A program made the translations under genes and the position numbers. The notes beneath the pieces are model-generated. The model searched no databases. It was not told where the DNA came from and worked only from the letters and a program-made list of their open reading frames with translations. A stretch of 51,120 nucleotides of DNA, filler included, from Diploschistes diacapsis (taxonomy: Eukaryota): NCBI GenBank assembly GCA_023645945.1. It is 3 parts of 3 records of this genome, joined end to end, with 100 filler letters (N's around TTAATTAATTAA, not from the genome) between each part and the next. Parts side by side here need not be neighbours in the genome. Positions count along the whole stretch, not along the records: positions 1 to 16,979 come from JALAIB010000476.1; 2 more parts are not named here. One strand, written 5' to 3'. Below are positions 1-11,668 of the stretch, piece after piece (position 1 is the stretch's first letter; each line of letters starts with the position of its first letter).

Positions 1-429
1 GGGGCAGGGGGAGGGGGAAGGGGAGGAGGGGGACATGCTGGTTAGGTAGATAGATAGACGTGGGGCTCGGTGTGGGTTTCGTGGTGGGGATGGGATGGGA
101 TGGTTCGAATTATGGATGGTGGACTCTCCTTTCTTCACAGGGTGTCATGGGGTATGACTTTTGGCATGGAGATTTCACAAATATTAAAGGTGTTTGATTA
201 CTGTACATGGGGTGGTTTTTTGTATACTAGACAATTTCACTTTGGACGGGAATCTCCAACCTAGCTAGACTGGATTTCTTTTCATATAGTTGTCTCATAT
301 AATTGTTTGCTTTCGCCTCCTTGGCTTTTGCCCCGTGGGCTTAATACCCACCGAAGTGTCCTACGCCAATTCAACGCTAAATTCAATCTTCGTCTTCGGT
401 CATAAATTCATTCATGTAATAGAATCTTT

Positions 430-2300
430 TCATGGCTTTTTGGGAGCCTGGGTGATTTCGTGAGTAGTAGCGCTTGTAGTCTCGTCATGGCAGCCCCAAA
501 GCATCCCAGGGCTTGTGCATGAAGAGGTCATCGTGGAGCGGCTTGAGGACAAATGTGGAGTTGCCGTGACAGGCATGGTGGTTGCGGAAGTTACCGTGGT
601 TGTGATTGTACCTAAGGACATGTTAGATCCATTAATAAAGCGATGGAGACCAACTAACCACCAATGCAGCCCCCAAACCATCCGTAACCCGTACATGTTT
701 CTGTCGTGTATATGGAGGTCGAAGTGGTTAGCGGGACAGTACTGGTAGGCTCGTCTAGATTGAGCAGTCAGACTTTATTAAACAAGATCTGGTGAGCGAA
801 TTTTCACATACCCTTGCAGCCCCACCATCCAGGTGTCTCGCAAGTAGAGGTTCTCATTAATGAAGTGCTACTGGTACTCGATGAGCTTGACGTCGTACTG
901 TCCGTATGATTGCTTTTGTAAAACTTCCACAGAGCACAATCGATACACTCTGAGTCGCGCTCACACTTTGGTAGAGTGTCGTAACCACGATAAACATCCC
1001 TGAGGCAAGATCGGATACTATGGGTCCTAATCGAGGCGCGCCACTTTTTGTCTCCCACGGTATCCCAGACGCATCGATAACCCGTATGACACTGTGACTC
1101 CATAGCATAGAACCCAAGCGTGCAGGCGGAGGTGGCTGAATTGCAGCTGCCCATGAAGACCGGGTCGGCGGTATGCCCAAAATGGTAGGCGCCAGTATAC
1201 TCTCTTCGTTGGTGGGCGGCAGGACTGTTGCCCGGGGGAACTGGCAAGCCTAATCGAGCAGCTGGCAGAGCTTCGCCAGGCGCTTCAAACGTGATCGTTG
1301 GAAGTCCAAAAGTGAGACCCAAAAGACTGGCAACAGAGCCGCCCAACGAGTGGCCGGTAAGCCATATGTTTGAATCAGGGTACATTTCGGTAACATTTCC
1401 GTATAATTCTATTGCCGCATGGTAATAGCGGTTCTTCTCCCTTAAGGCTTTGACGAGGCAAGTTTGATTGCATGTATATGCCGAGCTCATGCAATCGCAA
1501 ACCTTTAACCATAAATATTGGCCGCCTTGGCCGCAGCAGCAGCCGAAAAACAAGTTATCGTTCACCTTATCGTTCGTTGTCGTTTCTGCGCCGTCGAAGA
1601 CGGCAGGTGATGTTCCCTTGATAGCGAGCACAACCGTTGCGTTCTTTTTATCGGCGTATACGTGGCCCCTTAAAGTGTCCCGGTGCCATCCATATTTAGC
1701 GGAATGATTAAAGGGCGCCCGCGAATCTTCCCATTCCGGATCACTCTTATCCTCATTATACGCATTGGCCGCCATCAAGGCAAAGTTGATGACCGTCTCT
1801 CGGTCAGTTGCATTAGGCGCAGCAAGGTCGTCCAGCGTCCAAGCAGAGTCGGGGAGTTCTGGGGGCTGGCCATAGAACCTCGCCGCGCTGAGCAAGGATT
1901 CGATGTCGCTTATTTTGCGGTCTAGTAGTCTGTATATTTTCGATGGTAAGGACTGAACTGTGAAAGGACCAGCGAACTCTTCATCTTCGGTGTCATCCCT
2001 TCGTGAAAGTCCATGGGGATCCGGTGGTTCGACATTGATACTTTGATGGAAATTGGGCTCGAGGTACACACCCTGGTCGAAGATGTGCTGCAGCGTAAAC
2101 TCATGTTTTGATGGCGAAACCGTCCTAGAGCCCGAGTCCCCAGAGTTTTGTAATGGTATGATGGGTAATAGTCTGGCTTGCTCCCCAAGTTCTTGCCCAA
2201 ACGTCCAGGCAGCAGCTGTAGACGGAGAGAGGGCGGCAAAAAAGGCCAGCAGCTGTGAGGCAACTCTCCCAGCCGACGGGCACTGTGTCGCGTATCTCAT
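430..2300 (-). CDS. ATG15: Autophagy-related triacylglycerol lipase Atg15 (Cvt17); 3 exons (2300-812, 754-659, 611-430)
   Basis: ORF 804-2420 has the lipase GHSLGG motif, the KGTS..F.G..TT.NDK.NDNL.F.CCC block and a Cys-rich region typical of Atg15. Likely start is MRYATQ (2300), followed by a hydrophobic segment. Introns GTATGT..CTAG (811-755) and GTTAGT..CTAAC..TTAG (658-612) join it in frame to ORF 430-696. Confidence 0.93.
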
Positions 2301-2816
2301 TTTCGCACTGTTGATCATTAATGGTAGGACGCCAGTTTGCTCTTCTCTTAATGATGGTATTAAGCCTTGAGTCAGGCTCTTTATTGGAGAGGCGGTGGAG
2401 TTCAGAAGAAGGTCGGTCATCTGTAACGGGTATGACGCTCATGATCCAGGCTGCTGCTGCTGACCTCACCAGCCACAGAAAGTGTGGCTTGACGCTATAA
2501 AGTAAAGAGCAAAGCGTGGCTGAATCCTTAGCCAAGCCTTATTGAAGCTCTAGATAAACTAGTATCATCATACAGTACTACTAGTACTATACTACTGATG
2601 CTCAGTACCAGGCTACCAGCTGCACGGGGCTTCTTTGCGTTGGTCCAAGTACCTTGCACATCAACTCTTACTTCATTATGTAGCCTGTGAGGCTTCTTGC
2701 TGTGCATTTAGACTCCTCGATTGACCCTCTTGAGTGCACAACGACCTTGTCTGCCAAGGAAATGTCCAGTTCGTAAGATGAGTACATTGCTGGGTGTTCA
2801 GTCTTCCTACACGGAC

Positions 2817-5027
2817 ATGGCGGCTACAGAGAAAGCCCGACCGCAACTGGCGAGTGTCTCCAGGTCATTTTCGAGATATGAGCCTTCACAATATCAGAAG
2901 TCAACCCGATCTCGAGCCAGTACATTGACGAACGAGCTGCTTAGTCCAGTCGACGAGCCACAGACAGCCAAACCGCTGCCACAGGATATCTTCGACAATG
3001 AAGAACCTAGTGAGGCAACACCGATTGTCAAGGATATCCCGGAACGCTCCTCCTCTCTAGAAGGCTTGCCCCAAAGTCTTGACGAGCTTCCAATAGAACT
3101 TGTTAGCCTCACGGACCGTTTCATAAGTTCACTCACGGCTGCAAAAATGTATCCAACGCCGCCGTCGATCGATAAGCTTGCCGAACTTTTCCAAGCATTC
3201 TACTTACGAACCGAGAGCCACATATCCACTCACATCCAAGCCCTCGCAAGCAAGCAGCAACGAGATGCCTCGCCAGCGCCTTCCGTCTCTTCCCGGATGT
3301 CGATCGGAAGCAAGAGGAGCCTCGCTCCTCTGAGCTCCAAGCCCTCGCGCGAGAATCTCACCAAGCCAGACAGCCCCGGCGTCGCGCAGCAGATGCTGAC
3401 CCCAAGCGAGATATCGGAGCGAAGGAAGGCTCGCAGAATGTTTGAGTTCAAGCGCGTCGCGATAGAAGAGGCAGTGGAGAAGAAGGTCTGCGAAGGGATA
3501 TACGACCGAATTTGGAGACACAGCAGCTCGCTGGATGAGATTAGGGACGAGAAGCTGCGCTCCAAGACAGCGGCACTGGCTCTCGTAGGGATTACCATGA
3601 ACGATCTTGGTATCCAGCTCGATGCGGACCGACAAGGCGGCATGGAACCTGTAGACGTTGAAAAAGAGGTGGATAGTTGGATATCAAAAGCGAGAGAAGG
3701 CTTGCTGCAGATGAACGAGTCGCATTGTCCTTTGGGCAAATTACAAAGCCTGACTTCAACACATCAGAACATTGTTGATCTCCTTTCAATTATTCAGAAA
3801 TCCTCCTCCTCAGCTGATGAAATTCTCCCGACTTTAATCTACACCCTCATTTCTTGCCCACCTGAAGGGATTAACGTTGTCAGTAATTTAAACTTCATTC
3901 AGCGATTCAGATCTGCGAATAAGATGAATGGCGAAGCAGCATATTGTTTGACAAATCTGGAAGCTGCAATTACATTCCTAGAAAATGTCGATTTAGCAAC
4001 GCTTCGGTCGGAGGAAGCTGTCGATACGACTTTGAAAAAAGAGGATTATCTGGCTAGACCTAACATAGAAAAGGCAAACCAGATACCAGGAAAAGATGCA
4101 TCAGCCAAGGCTTCTTCGCCAGTCACGACGCCTCTAACGGCAGTTCCACCACGTCTGAGTCCATCTCCAGCACCAACAAACGTACAATCCCCAGCCGAAG
4201 CAAGGTCGAACCCTCCTGCATCTCCTTCCCACCAGCCGCGACTCAGCACCTTATTCCAGCCCTCAGCAAACGCAATAGGCGCCGCCAGCGACGCAGTCCG
4301 CAACTCCGCCGACCAAAGCCTAAAAAACATCAGCACAACCCTCGACAGCAGCTTCAAGTTCCTCTTCGGCCGTCTGAAAGAGCAACAAGTTCAAAGCCCC
4401 ACCGGTGACTCCAAAGACTCCGTTCTGGTCCCCAAAACCCTCGACGAAGCCCGCCGTCTCGTCTCACCCAAGCCCGTCCTCGACGAAGACGGCAACATCT
4501 CCGAAGCCAGCTCCATTGCTGAACCAGAAGACAACGCTCCGCGCGAAGACCGCATCCTCGACATGATAACCGGCAAATCCCGCGACCGAAGCGCCGACAG
4601 CGCAACGAGCGCCACCGGCAAGCGCGTCGTTCTCCAGAACAACGAGAACAAGCTCCAAACGGACAGTGTCTCCGTCTCCGCCTCGCCTCCGTTGGGAGGG
4701 CCTTTATCGGCTGTCGAGTCCATGCGCTCGTTTGGCAACTCACTGAATCCTCTGAACCGATTGTCCGGCATGAACGTCATGCGGGGCTTCGGGCGCAGCG
4801 CTGGCTCGTCCCCAGCGATAACGCCGTCCCCGTTGGCATCGAACGATGTGAGCAAGCAGCTCAGGGACCCGGAGAAGAATCTTCCTCCGACAGCGAGGGT
4901 CGAACCGCCCTTGGAGCGGTTCCTGGACGTCAGTAATGCGGGCGAGCTGAGGGTCAGCGATGTGGAGGCTTTGTTGAAAGACTACCAGCGCCTCGCGAAG
5001 ATTGTTAGGGATAGGAACTTGTGTTGA
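2817..5027 (+). CDS. VPS9-domain Rab5 guanine nucleotide exchange factor (Muk1-like)
   Basis: SADEILPTLIYTLI...NLNFIQRFR...GEAAYCLTNLEAAITFLE is the VPS9 domain signature. Single long ORF; start taken at MAATEK (2817), although an upstream in-frame ATG exists at 2778. Confidence 0.88.
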   Translation: MAATEKARPQLASVSRSFSRYEPSQYQKSTRSRASTLTNELLSPVDEPQTAKPLPQDIFDNEEPSEATPIVKDIPERSSSLEGLPQSLDELPIELVSLTDRFISSLTAAKMYPTPPSIDKLAELFQAFYLRTESHISTHIQALASKQQRDASPAPSVSSRMSIGSKRSLAPLSSKPSRENLTKPDSPGVAQQMLTPSEISERRKARRMFEFKRVAIEEAVEKKVCEGIYDRIWRHSSSLDEIRDEKLRSKTAALALVGITMNDLGIQLDADRQGGMEPVDVEKEVDSWISKAREGLLQMNESHCPLGKLQSLTSTHQNIVDLLSIIQKSSSSADEILPTLIYTLISCPPEGINVVSNLNFIQRFRSANKMNGEAAYCLTNLEAAITFLENVDLATLRSEEAVDTTLKKEDYLARPNIEKANQIPGKDASAKASSPVTTPLTAVPPRLSPSPAPTNVQSPAEARSNPPASPSHQPRLSTLFQPSANAIGAASDAVRNSADQSLKNISTTLDSSFKFLFGRLKEQQVQSPTGDSKDSVLVPKTLDEARRLVSPKPVLDEDGNISEASSIAEPEDNAPREDRILDMITGKSRDRSADSATSATGKRVVLQNNENKLQTDSVSVSASPPLGGPLSAVESMRSFGNSLNPLNRLSGMNVMRGFGRSAGSSPAITPSPLASNDVSKQLRDPEKNLPPTARVEPPLERFLDVSNAGELRVSDVEALLKDYQRLAKIVRDRNLC

Positions 5028-5623
5028 ATTGTATGCAAAAGGAACGAGGGCGTTTCGCGAGTGCTGCATTTTCTGGCACTGATCTGGGAAGGGTTGTATG
5101 GACTGGGGAGCGGATTGCTGGAGTTTGGGATGGGGAAAAGGCGGGCGTCTAAAGCTCTGCCTATGGTAGATTCTGTACTGCAATACAATGTGGATGTGCC
5201 GATCGAAGCAGTTGTAAGACAACACTAAAGTTAGATGCTTTACAATCGTACAATTGCTGTTCTTGGGAAAGGGAGAAGAATCCAAGGAACATTTAGAAAG
5301 AGATAGGACCGAAGCGAGCAGCTCACATCCCCGTATGGCATATCAAGAGAGGTTACAATAGCTCGTGTATACCCACCAACCTACGTTGTGACTCCCTACT
5401 AGCCTGATTAAGACCCTTTAAATGCAGTGGCCACCTGAAAATCTAGCGTGGAAGGTGCAAAGTTCACAAAATTAGAAGGTATCAGGTCAATCAGGTTTCT
5501 CTCAAGTCACCGCAGTATAAGAACAAGCATGAAGCAAGATAAATTGTTTCACGCTATTGTTGAACACGTTCGTCTGTGTTCGAATGTAATCACAAGCCAA
5601 CAACTCCCAGGGAGCTTCTTCGC

Positions 5624-7375
5624 CTAGTTCATCTGCCGGATTAACTGGTTAATATACTCCTCGCGGTTGCCGGTATCACCACCTTCGACGAAGTGTTTGA
5701 ACTTTCTCGTGTGGAATCCTCCAGTGGGGTTGGAAAGTTTAAACGGCTGTAGCACATGAGCGCATGTAAAGGTGATGACTGGGATAATAGAGCGCATATA
5801 AAAGTCTATGTTGAGTCAGGGCGACTTACCCATATGAAGTTAGAAGCTTGCTTGCTGTGAAAACATTAGCTTCAGGTCCACCACGCTCATTGCCTACCAG
5901 TACTAACAAATTTGGTCCAACCGTGTAGATCTCGTGGATAAGGTCTTCGAAGCAGATGATTCCGTACTGGAGAGCGCAGAGTCAGCTTTAGAGTTAAGAC
6001 AGATGGGCGAGGTGAAATGAGCCGGACCTTTCCAAGGCTGTTTTCGATGATTGCATTATCAGTCAAAGCAATTCGCTGCTTATCCACCTTGCCGTAGCCA
6101 CGCTTGTATAAAAGCTCACGGACACTCTTTCTGTGATATATAGTTAGCTATGTTCATGGTGCTTCATGTATTACCAGGCCTAACAGGTTGGCTTATTCAT
6201 GTTAGCTTAGACGATGTTATCGAATACAAAAGCTTACGATATCCATAGGCGACGAATGGCTACGGTTTAGTTAGCTACTCAGGTGCATTTGAGGAGTGTG
6301 GCAACTTACCTCGACAATGGTGAGCATTTCGCGAGTGGCTGCAGTGAGACGGATGAATACACCTACAAGTAATTAGTTTGCGCGTTACATACCCACTACA
6401 TACTTACCGCTATTGATTTGGAGGAGACGCAGGAGCTGGAGAATTTTGCGGGGCTTCGGGGCAATCTTGTTCACACTTCAAGATTATCAGCAACGATTCC
6501 AACGAGGAGTGAACCGGGCCAACCCCTTGATGCGGACGACGAAGACAAGGCGGGATTCAGCAGGGACGTAGTAACTGCCGTCCTTCTTGGCAGCCCCTGA
6601 GTGGATAAGTAAAGTGAAGATACTTGTGGACAGCGCTGGTACTCGTACGGGAAAGTCTGATCTTTTCTCTCTCCATGTCGCGGTACTCCTTAACGTATCT
6701 AGGTGGAAGATTAGCGCTCGATTACGGGTTAAGGGACGAAATCAACACATACTGCTCGGCACGCTTGAAAATTGTTTTGCGCTTTTCTTTGTTGGCCTGT
6801 TCATCTTAGTGTTAGCAAGCGAAATAGAGACACACTATCGAGAACAAAAACTTTCAACGATTCAGACCCGAAAGATGGTTAACGTTACGACAGCATTGGC
6901 CGAGAGACCTAGTCGAGTGAGAAAATCATGTTGTCATCATCAATGTGCAGAAAACCCAGCCCTTATATAAATCTATCATTAACATACCTCTCTTCGCTTC
7001 TTCTGATCGGCAGCGCGCTCTTCGCGGGCCTTCTCCTGTGACTTTCGTTTCTTCCTGTTGCATGTCAGTGGCCTGTACTTCAAGACCTGTCTTTTTCACA
7101 TACAATAGAGTCTCCGGAACCATAATTTGATTCTCGGTCGGAACCGACCTGGAGGCGAGTATCACGGTCAGCATAGCCTTCCTATCTATAAAAACCACGT
7201 CAAGTGAAGAACTGCAGCTAAAGCGCGGCATTCTTGGCCTAGACGCAAACACTCAACGGACTACTTTTAATACATGAAACAGGTATTGTAGTAGACCTCA
7301 CATCGAGCGAGTTCCACGCCAACCGATTGCCTCAAAGTACAAAACCCCGAGAAATATCGGGAGTGGTGCGCACAT
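5624..7375 (-). CDS. RPL7: 60S ribosomal protein L7 (uL30), 14 exons / 13 introns
   Basis: Manual splicing gives [26 protein letters not shown]...[33 protein letters not shown]...[112 protein letters not shown]. All introns are GT-AG. The first exon (start codon split AT|G) is inferred. Confidence 0.96.
6858..6944 (-). ncRNA. Intronic box C/D snoRNA, snR39/snR59-like, in RPL7 intron 3
   Basis: Minus strand: box C ATGATGA (6940-6934) and box D CTGA (6865-6862). Box D is preceded by ACCATCTTTCGGGT, complementary to the conserved LSU rRNA sequence ACCCGAAAGATGGT. Yeast RPL7A/B introns host snR39/snR59. Confidence 0.85.
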
Positions 7376-8016
7376 ATTGACTCGAACCTTCGACCATTGA
7401 AGCGGGACAGGCAGGCTTCAACCGAGGAACGAATGTGGCAATAATTTTCGAAGTGAAGATAATCTCTTCAACCTCAAGACCCTCTGGTTGCTACGAAGCC
7501 CTAGGAGCCTTCGCGCATGTTGAGGACTGATCAAGCTGGCGATCGTAATCTAAGGACTGGGCCAAGGTATCCGTTGAGTTTCGGACTCCAAACTGAGCTC
7601 TTCACGGCGTCAAATTGGAAGGATTGATGTGCATTGCATACGTAGAGTCTGTCTTTCCCTGCGCCATCGTGTCGGCAAGATGCTGTCACTGTTGAATGTT
7701 GTAAGAGTGGCCGCCGTTCACTGTTGTAAAAACTTAAGAATGTTCCGTAAGTTGTCTGCGTAAATCCTCGGTGGGCTGCGAATTCGCTACGGCTCAAACC
7801 AAGCCATTTTGAGCCTAGTGTATCTCGAATCCCCTCCGCCCCTCCGCTCCTTCATTTAGGGGATCTCACGGAACTCCAGCTGTTCAGATACAACCTGGAG
7901 GCCTTGCATGATGTATTACTACCTTTTGGAAGGTTGAAAAGTGGTCGTCATGTCTTTCCGAGTCCCTTCATCGTAAGACTACCGCTATCAGAGCGTAGCA
8001 AGCACTGCTCATCACA

Positions 8017-8871
8017 ATGAGCTCCCGGGCCCGCGGCGTTGGCCTCTCCGCGCTCGCCAACCGCAACTCCTTAACAACGCACTACACCACACACGGTGCC
8101 GCCCTGCGCTCATCAAGCACCACCTCCCTCGATACTCAGATCTCCGTCTTCAAGTCCCTTCTGCACAGCTTCGCTCTTCAGCATGGCGATGCAATCCGCA
8201 ACAACCCCACCTTCCGCGCCGAGTTTGCGCGCATGTGCAATGCCATCGGCGTTGATCCCTCGGCCGGTGCGAACCAAACAGGTTTGAAGAAGAGCAAGAG
8301 GTGGTGGGAACAATTGACGCAGGGAGGGAAGGGTGAGGAGTTCTATGTGAGGGTTGCGACGAGGATTGTGGAGGAGTGCCATGCTACGAGAGGCGAGAAT
8401 GGGGGCTTATTGAGTGTGAAGGAATGTAGGGATAGGGTAGGAAAGGGAGAGGTCATTGGTGGGGGTATTCAAGTAACGGAGTAAGGAGACTTCTGCTAAT
8501 TATGGTTTTCAATATTCCGGAGCCTGCTGACCCTTCGCAGAGAGGATGTCTTGAAGGCTGTCGAGTCCTTGAAGCCGCTTGGCTCGAGCTTCTCGGTTAT
8601 CACCATAGGGCACAAACAGATGATCCGATCAGTTCCCAAAGAGTTGAATGAAGATCAGTCTATTGTGTTAGGTGCGATACAGGATCTAGGATATGTGACA
8701 GTGGCTATGCTTGAAGATAATTTTGGATGGGAAACAGCGCGAGCGCAAACAGTTCTCGACGATCTTCTGACTGACTCACTAGTGTGGTTAAACGAAAAGG
8801 GTGAGGATAATAAGCAGCTCTTCGAAAAAGAATACTGGTCACCTGCGGGACTAGAAGGCGGTGACGATTGA
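8017..8871 (+). CDS. SNF8: ESCRT-II subunit Snf8/Vps22 (EAP30); intron 8481-8540
   Basis: MSSRARGVGL...IRNNPTFRAEFARMCNAIGVDP...TRGENGGL...AVESLKPLGS...IRSVPKELNEDQ...W; GTAAGG..CTGAC..GCAG intron joins ORFs 8017-8484 and 8551-8871 in frame. Confidence 0.93.
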
Positions 8872-8999
8872 GTCCAATTTCTAATGTTATTGCTACTGGG
8901 CTACCCAGTTAACTGAAGATACTCCGCATCCCGGACACCACCCACGACACAAAGGCAATGCAAGTCAAGTAAGGTTTCGAAGCAAAGACGAGCGAGGCA

Positions 9000-11668
9000 T
9001 CAAGTCTTGATGGCCGAGCCGAGAGCACCCCCACCAAATTGCTGGCCTCCTCGCGTCCTGCCACGGCCGCCGCCGGTACCGCCGCGCATGCCGCCCCGCC
9101 CTCTTCCTCTCTGTGCGCCTTGTCTCTCGAATCGGTGTTCGGTCCCTTGGGTCCGTTGCTCCAACGTCTTCTCGTTGGCTTCGATAAGGCCACTCGCTTT
9201 ATCACTGAGTGTAAGGGCAAGGCTTTGCAGTCTGGATAGCTCGACGCCTTTTCTAAAGATGATAGCACTGTTAACCTGGTCAAGAGCCGCCGCCAGCTCC
9301 TCATGGGCGATCATCTTGCTCACAACCGCCGCAACTTTTCGCTCAGTAAGCTCAAACATATCGGCTAGGACATTTACAGCAAGAGTGTCGTAGAAGGGGG
9401 CATAGGTAAACAAGTAGGTTCTTAGGCCTTCTTCTTGGATTTGCTCCGCAAGCATCGGCTTGATCTTGTCGGTTCCGGCCATTAAATCCCAAATCTTGAT
9501 CGCGTTGATAAGCTCGACGCACTTTTTCCAGTCACCGGCGGCGAGGGCTCGTGAAGCTTGCATAATATGATCACGAGTGTTTTCTGGCGGGCCAGTGAAA
9601 ATCTGGCGCTCGTGAAACTCCAAGTGACGACGGAAGGTTTTGCTGATGATCCGTTTCCTGATGTCTGGAGATGAGCCAGTCTCTGCAAGCAGGGGAATCT
9701 CGAGAAGCATAGAACATGTCAGATAGACACATTCCAGAAGCTCCAGATTGATATGCATATGAAATGGAAGCTGCCTTTGCCTTTCAAGTCGTTCCTGTTC
9801 TGGAGAAACCTGCGAGTAGCGTTGAATCATGACGCCCTGCGCAAGCAGCTCCTTTTGCCGACCGCTTCCGCAAATTTCCTGAAGACAGTTCTGTGCCTCG
9901 TAGACCATGCCCGCGCGGAAAGCGCAAAGGCCAACTTGGACTAAGGTTCGATTGTAGAGGATCTGGGTGCTAACATCGAAATTTGGTATGTTCTCCTGAA
10001 GATGGGACATGAGAAGCATATCACGAGCTATGAAGTATTGATCATGCAAAGCGCAGAAATAGACCTGGCAAAGGTATGCGCGGCCACGGATGATATCTGA
10101 GCTTTTCTCGAATAGATACGTGCATAGTGTGGAAAGTAGGGACGACGTTTCAGTCTTCGTGCCTCGAGGCGTAATGCTAGAGTCGATTTGTGAGGGGACC
10201 GAAGTCCACGCCTTTTCCTCGAATATGCTAACAACTTGTGCGGGCTAGCATGAAATTAGCGAAAAGTGTGGTAGGGACCAATAAGGAAAGTATTACCTTA
10301 AAGTACAAGTGCTCGACACGCCGTATGACGACCCGATTCATGTTTTCTTGCGGTAATTCAAGCTTTTCCATACTGCTCAAGGATTCGATATACAGCATAG
10401 TCCTTAAAATCTTGTTGTACAGTGTTTGCTCGTCTGTGAGCCGGTCAATGTACTCCGCAGCGTGAGGATCAATATGTTGTAGAGAGCGAGTAAGGTCATC
10501 ATCTAGACGTTCAACCATTGCAACAAGGCTACCGGGCACCTTGAAGATTTCCCCAGGCGTGATCGAGGGCTGCTTGTCGTCGTCTTCCCACACTTCAGCA
10601 TTGTCAAGAACAACAATCTCGCGGTTCTCCTCCAGAATCTCGAGTAGAATACCGAATTCATTGTCAGCGCTGTGCAGGTCAGTCAATTGTAAGAGCAAAT
10701 GTGGAAGAGTTTTCATACGCTTTCCATTGCTCCGGAGACATATAATTCGAAGTGGAACTGGAAGTCATGTCGAAGCGCGTTGATATAAGTGAAAGCAAGA
10801 CCCTGATCTTCTGGTACGACGTCGCGGCTACGGTAAGTAATTTTTCCATAATCTGGATTTGACCAGTCCTGTCGGTGTTCTTCTTTCCTCGAGACTCATT
10901 GAAAGTACGTAGATGCGCGAGGATACTCTCAGGGGTATATCTTAACGTCCTTCCACCAGCACCAACTGTAGAGAAACCCTGATCGTCTTCATCGGTAATT
11001 TGTGTTGAAATGGCCGTACTTCTTGAAGGTCGAGCAGCGGGGGCAACCTCCTCTTCTTCGTCCTCCGAAATCATGTACTCAAATTTGTCTTCTCGATACT
11101 TATCGATCTCGGTACCGTAGTCTTTGTTGTTACGCTTGACCTTCTGCTTCATCGCATTCAGACCTTTGGCGTTGGTGGCATTCATCTTCTTAGGTGTAAC
11201 CTTTTGCTTTGCAATAGTCTCGTTCATGAAGTCCTCTATGTCTGCGATTGTCTTGACATATTGCTTTGGAGGCTTTGTGTCGGTAGTAGAGACTTTCACT
11301 ACCTGTCGATTCAGCTTATCGAACTCGGCTGAGATGGACGACCAATCGTTGATCTTCATGGCATTGTCGATGAGTTTGATGACTCCTTCTAGTTCCTGAA
11401 ACCGCTTGTCTTTCGCACTCTTGACTATTTTGGGGGTTTCTTCATCTTCGCTCCCTTCATCGCTAGATAAAGCATCACGTAAGAACCTTGAAACTCCTTT
11501 ACCAGATTCTTCTTCAGAAGAGGACTCTTCCTCTTCCTCCTCCTCTTCAGATTCTTCTTCCGAGGACTCTTCCTCATCTTTCCGTTGCGCTTCGTCTCCA
11601 CTATAGAGCTCTTCCTCATCAGAGGAGCTCTCGCTTGAGCTGTCGCCACTGGTGAAAAATCTCGACAT
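9000..11668 (-). CDS. NIP1: Translation initiation factor eIF3 subunit c; introns 10718-10670 and 10296-10245
   Basis: MSRFF start, acidic Ser/Glu tract, [12 protein letters not shown]-terminal PCI region ([30 protein letters not shown]) and an RGG tail; three ORF pieces joined by canonical introns. Confidence 0.96.

Noticed and set aside
1..167. Possible minus-strand first exon MPKVIPHDT with a CTAAC-CAG acceptor near 38-46
   Set aside because: Weak donor (GTGAAG), too little sequence before the contig end and no recognisable product.
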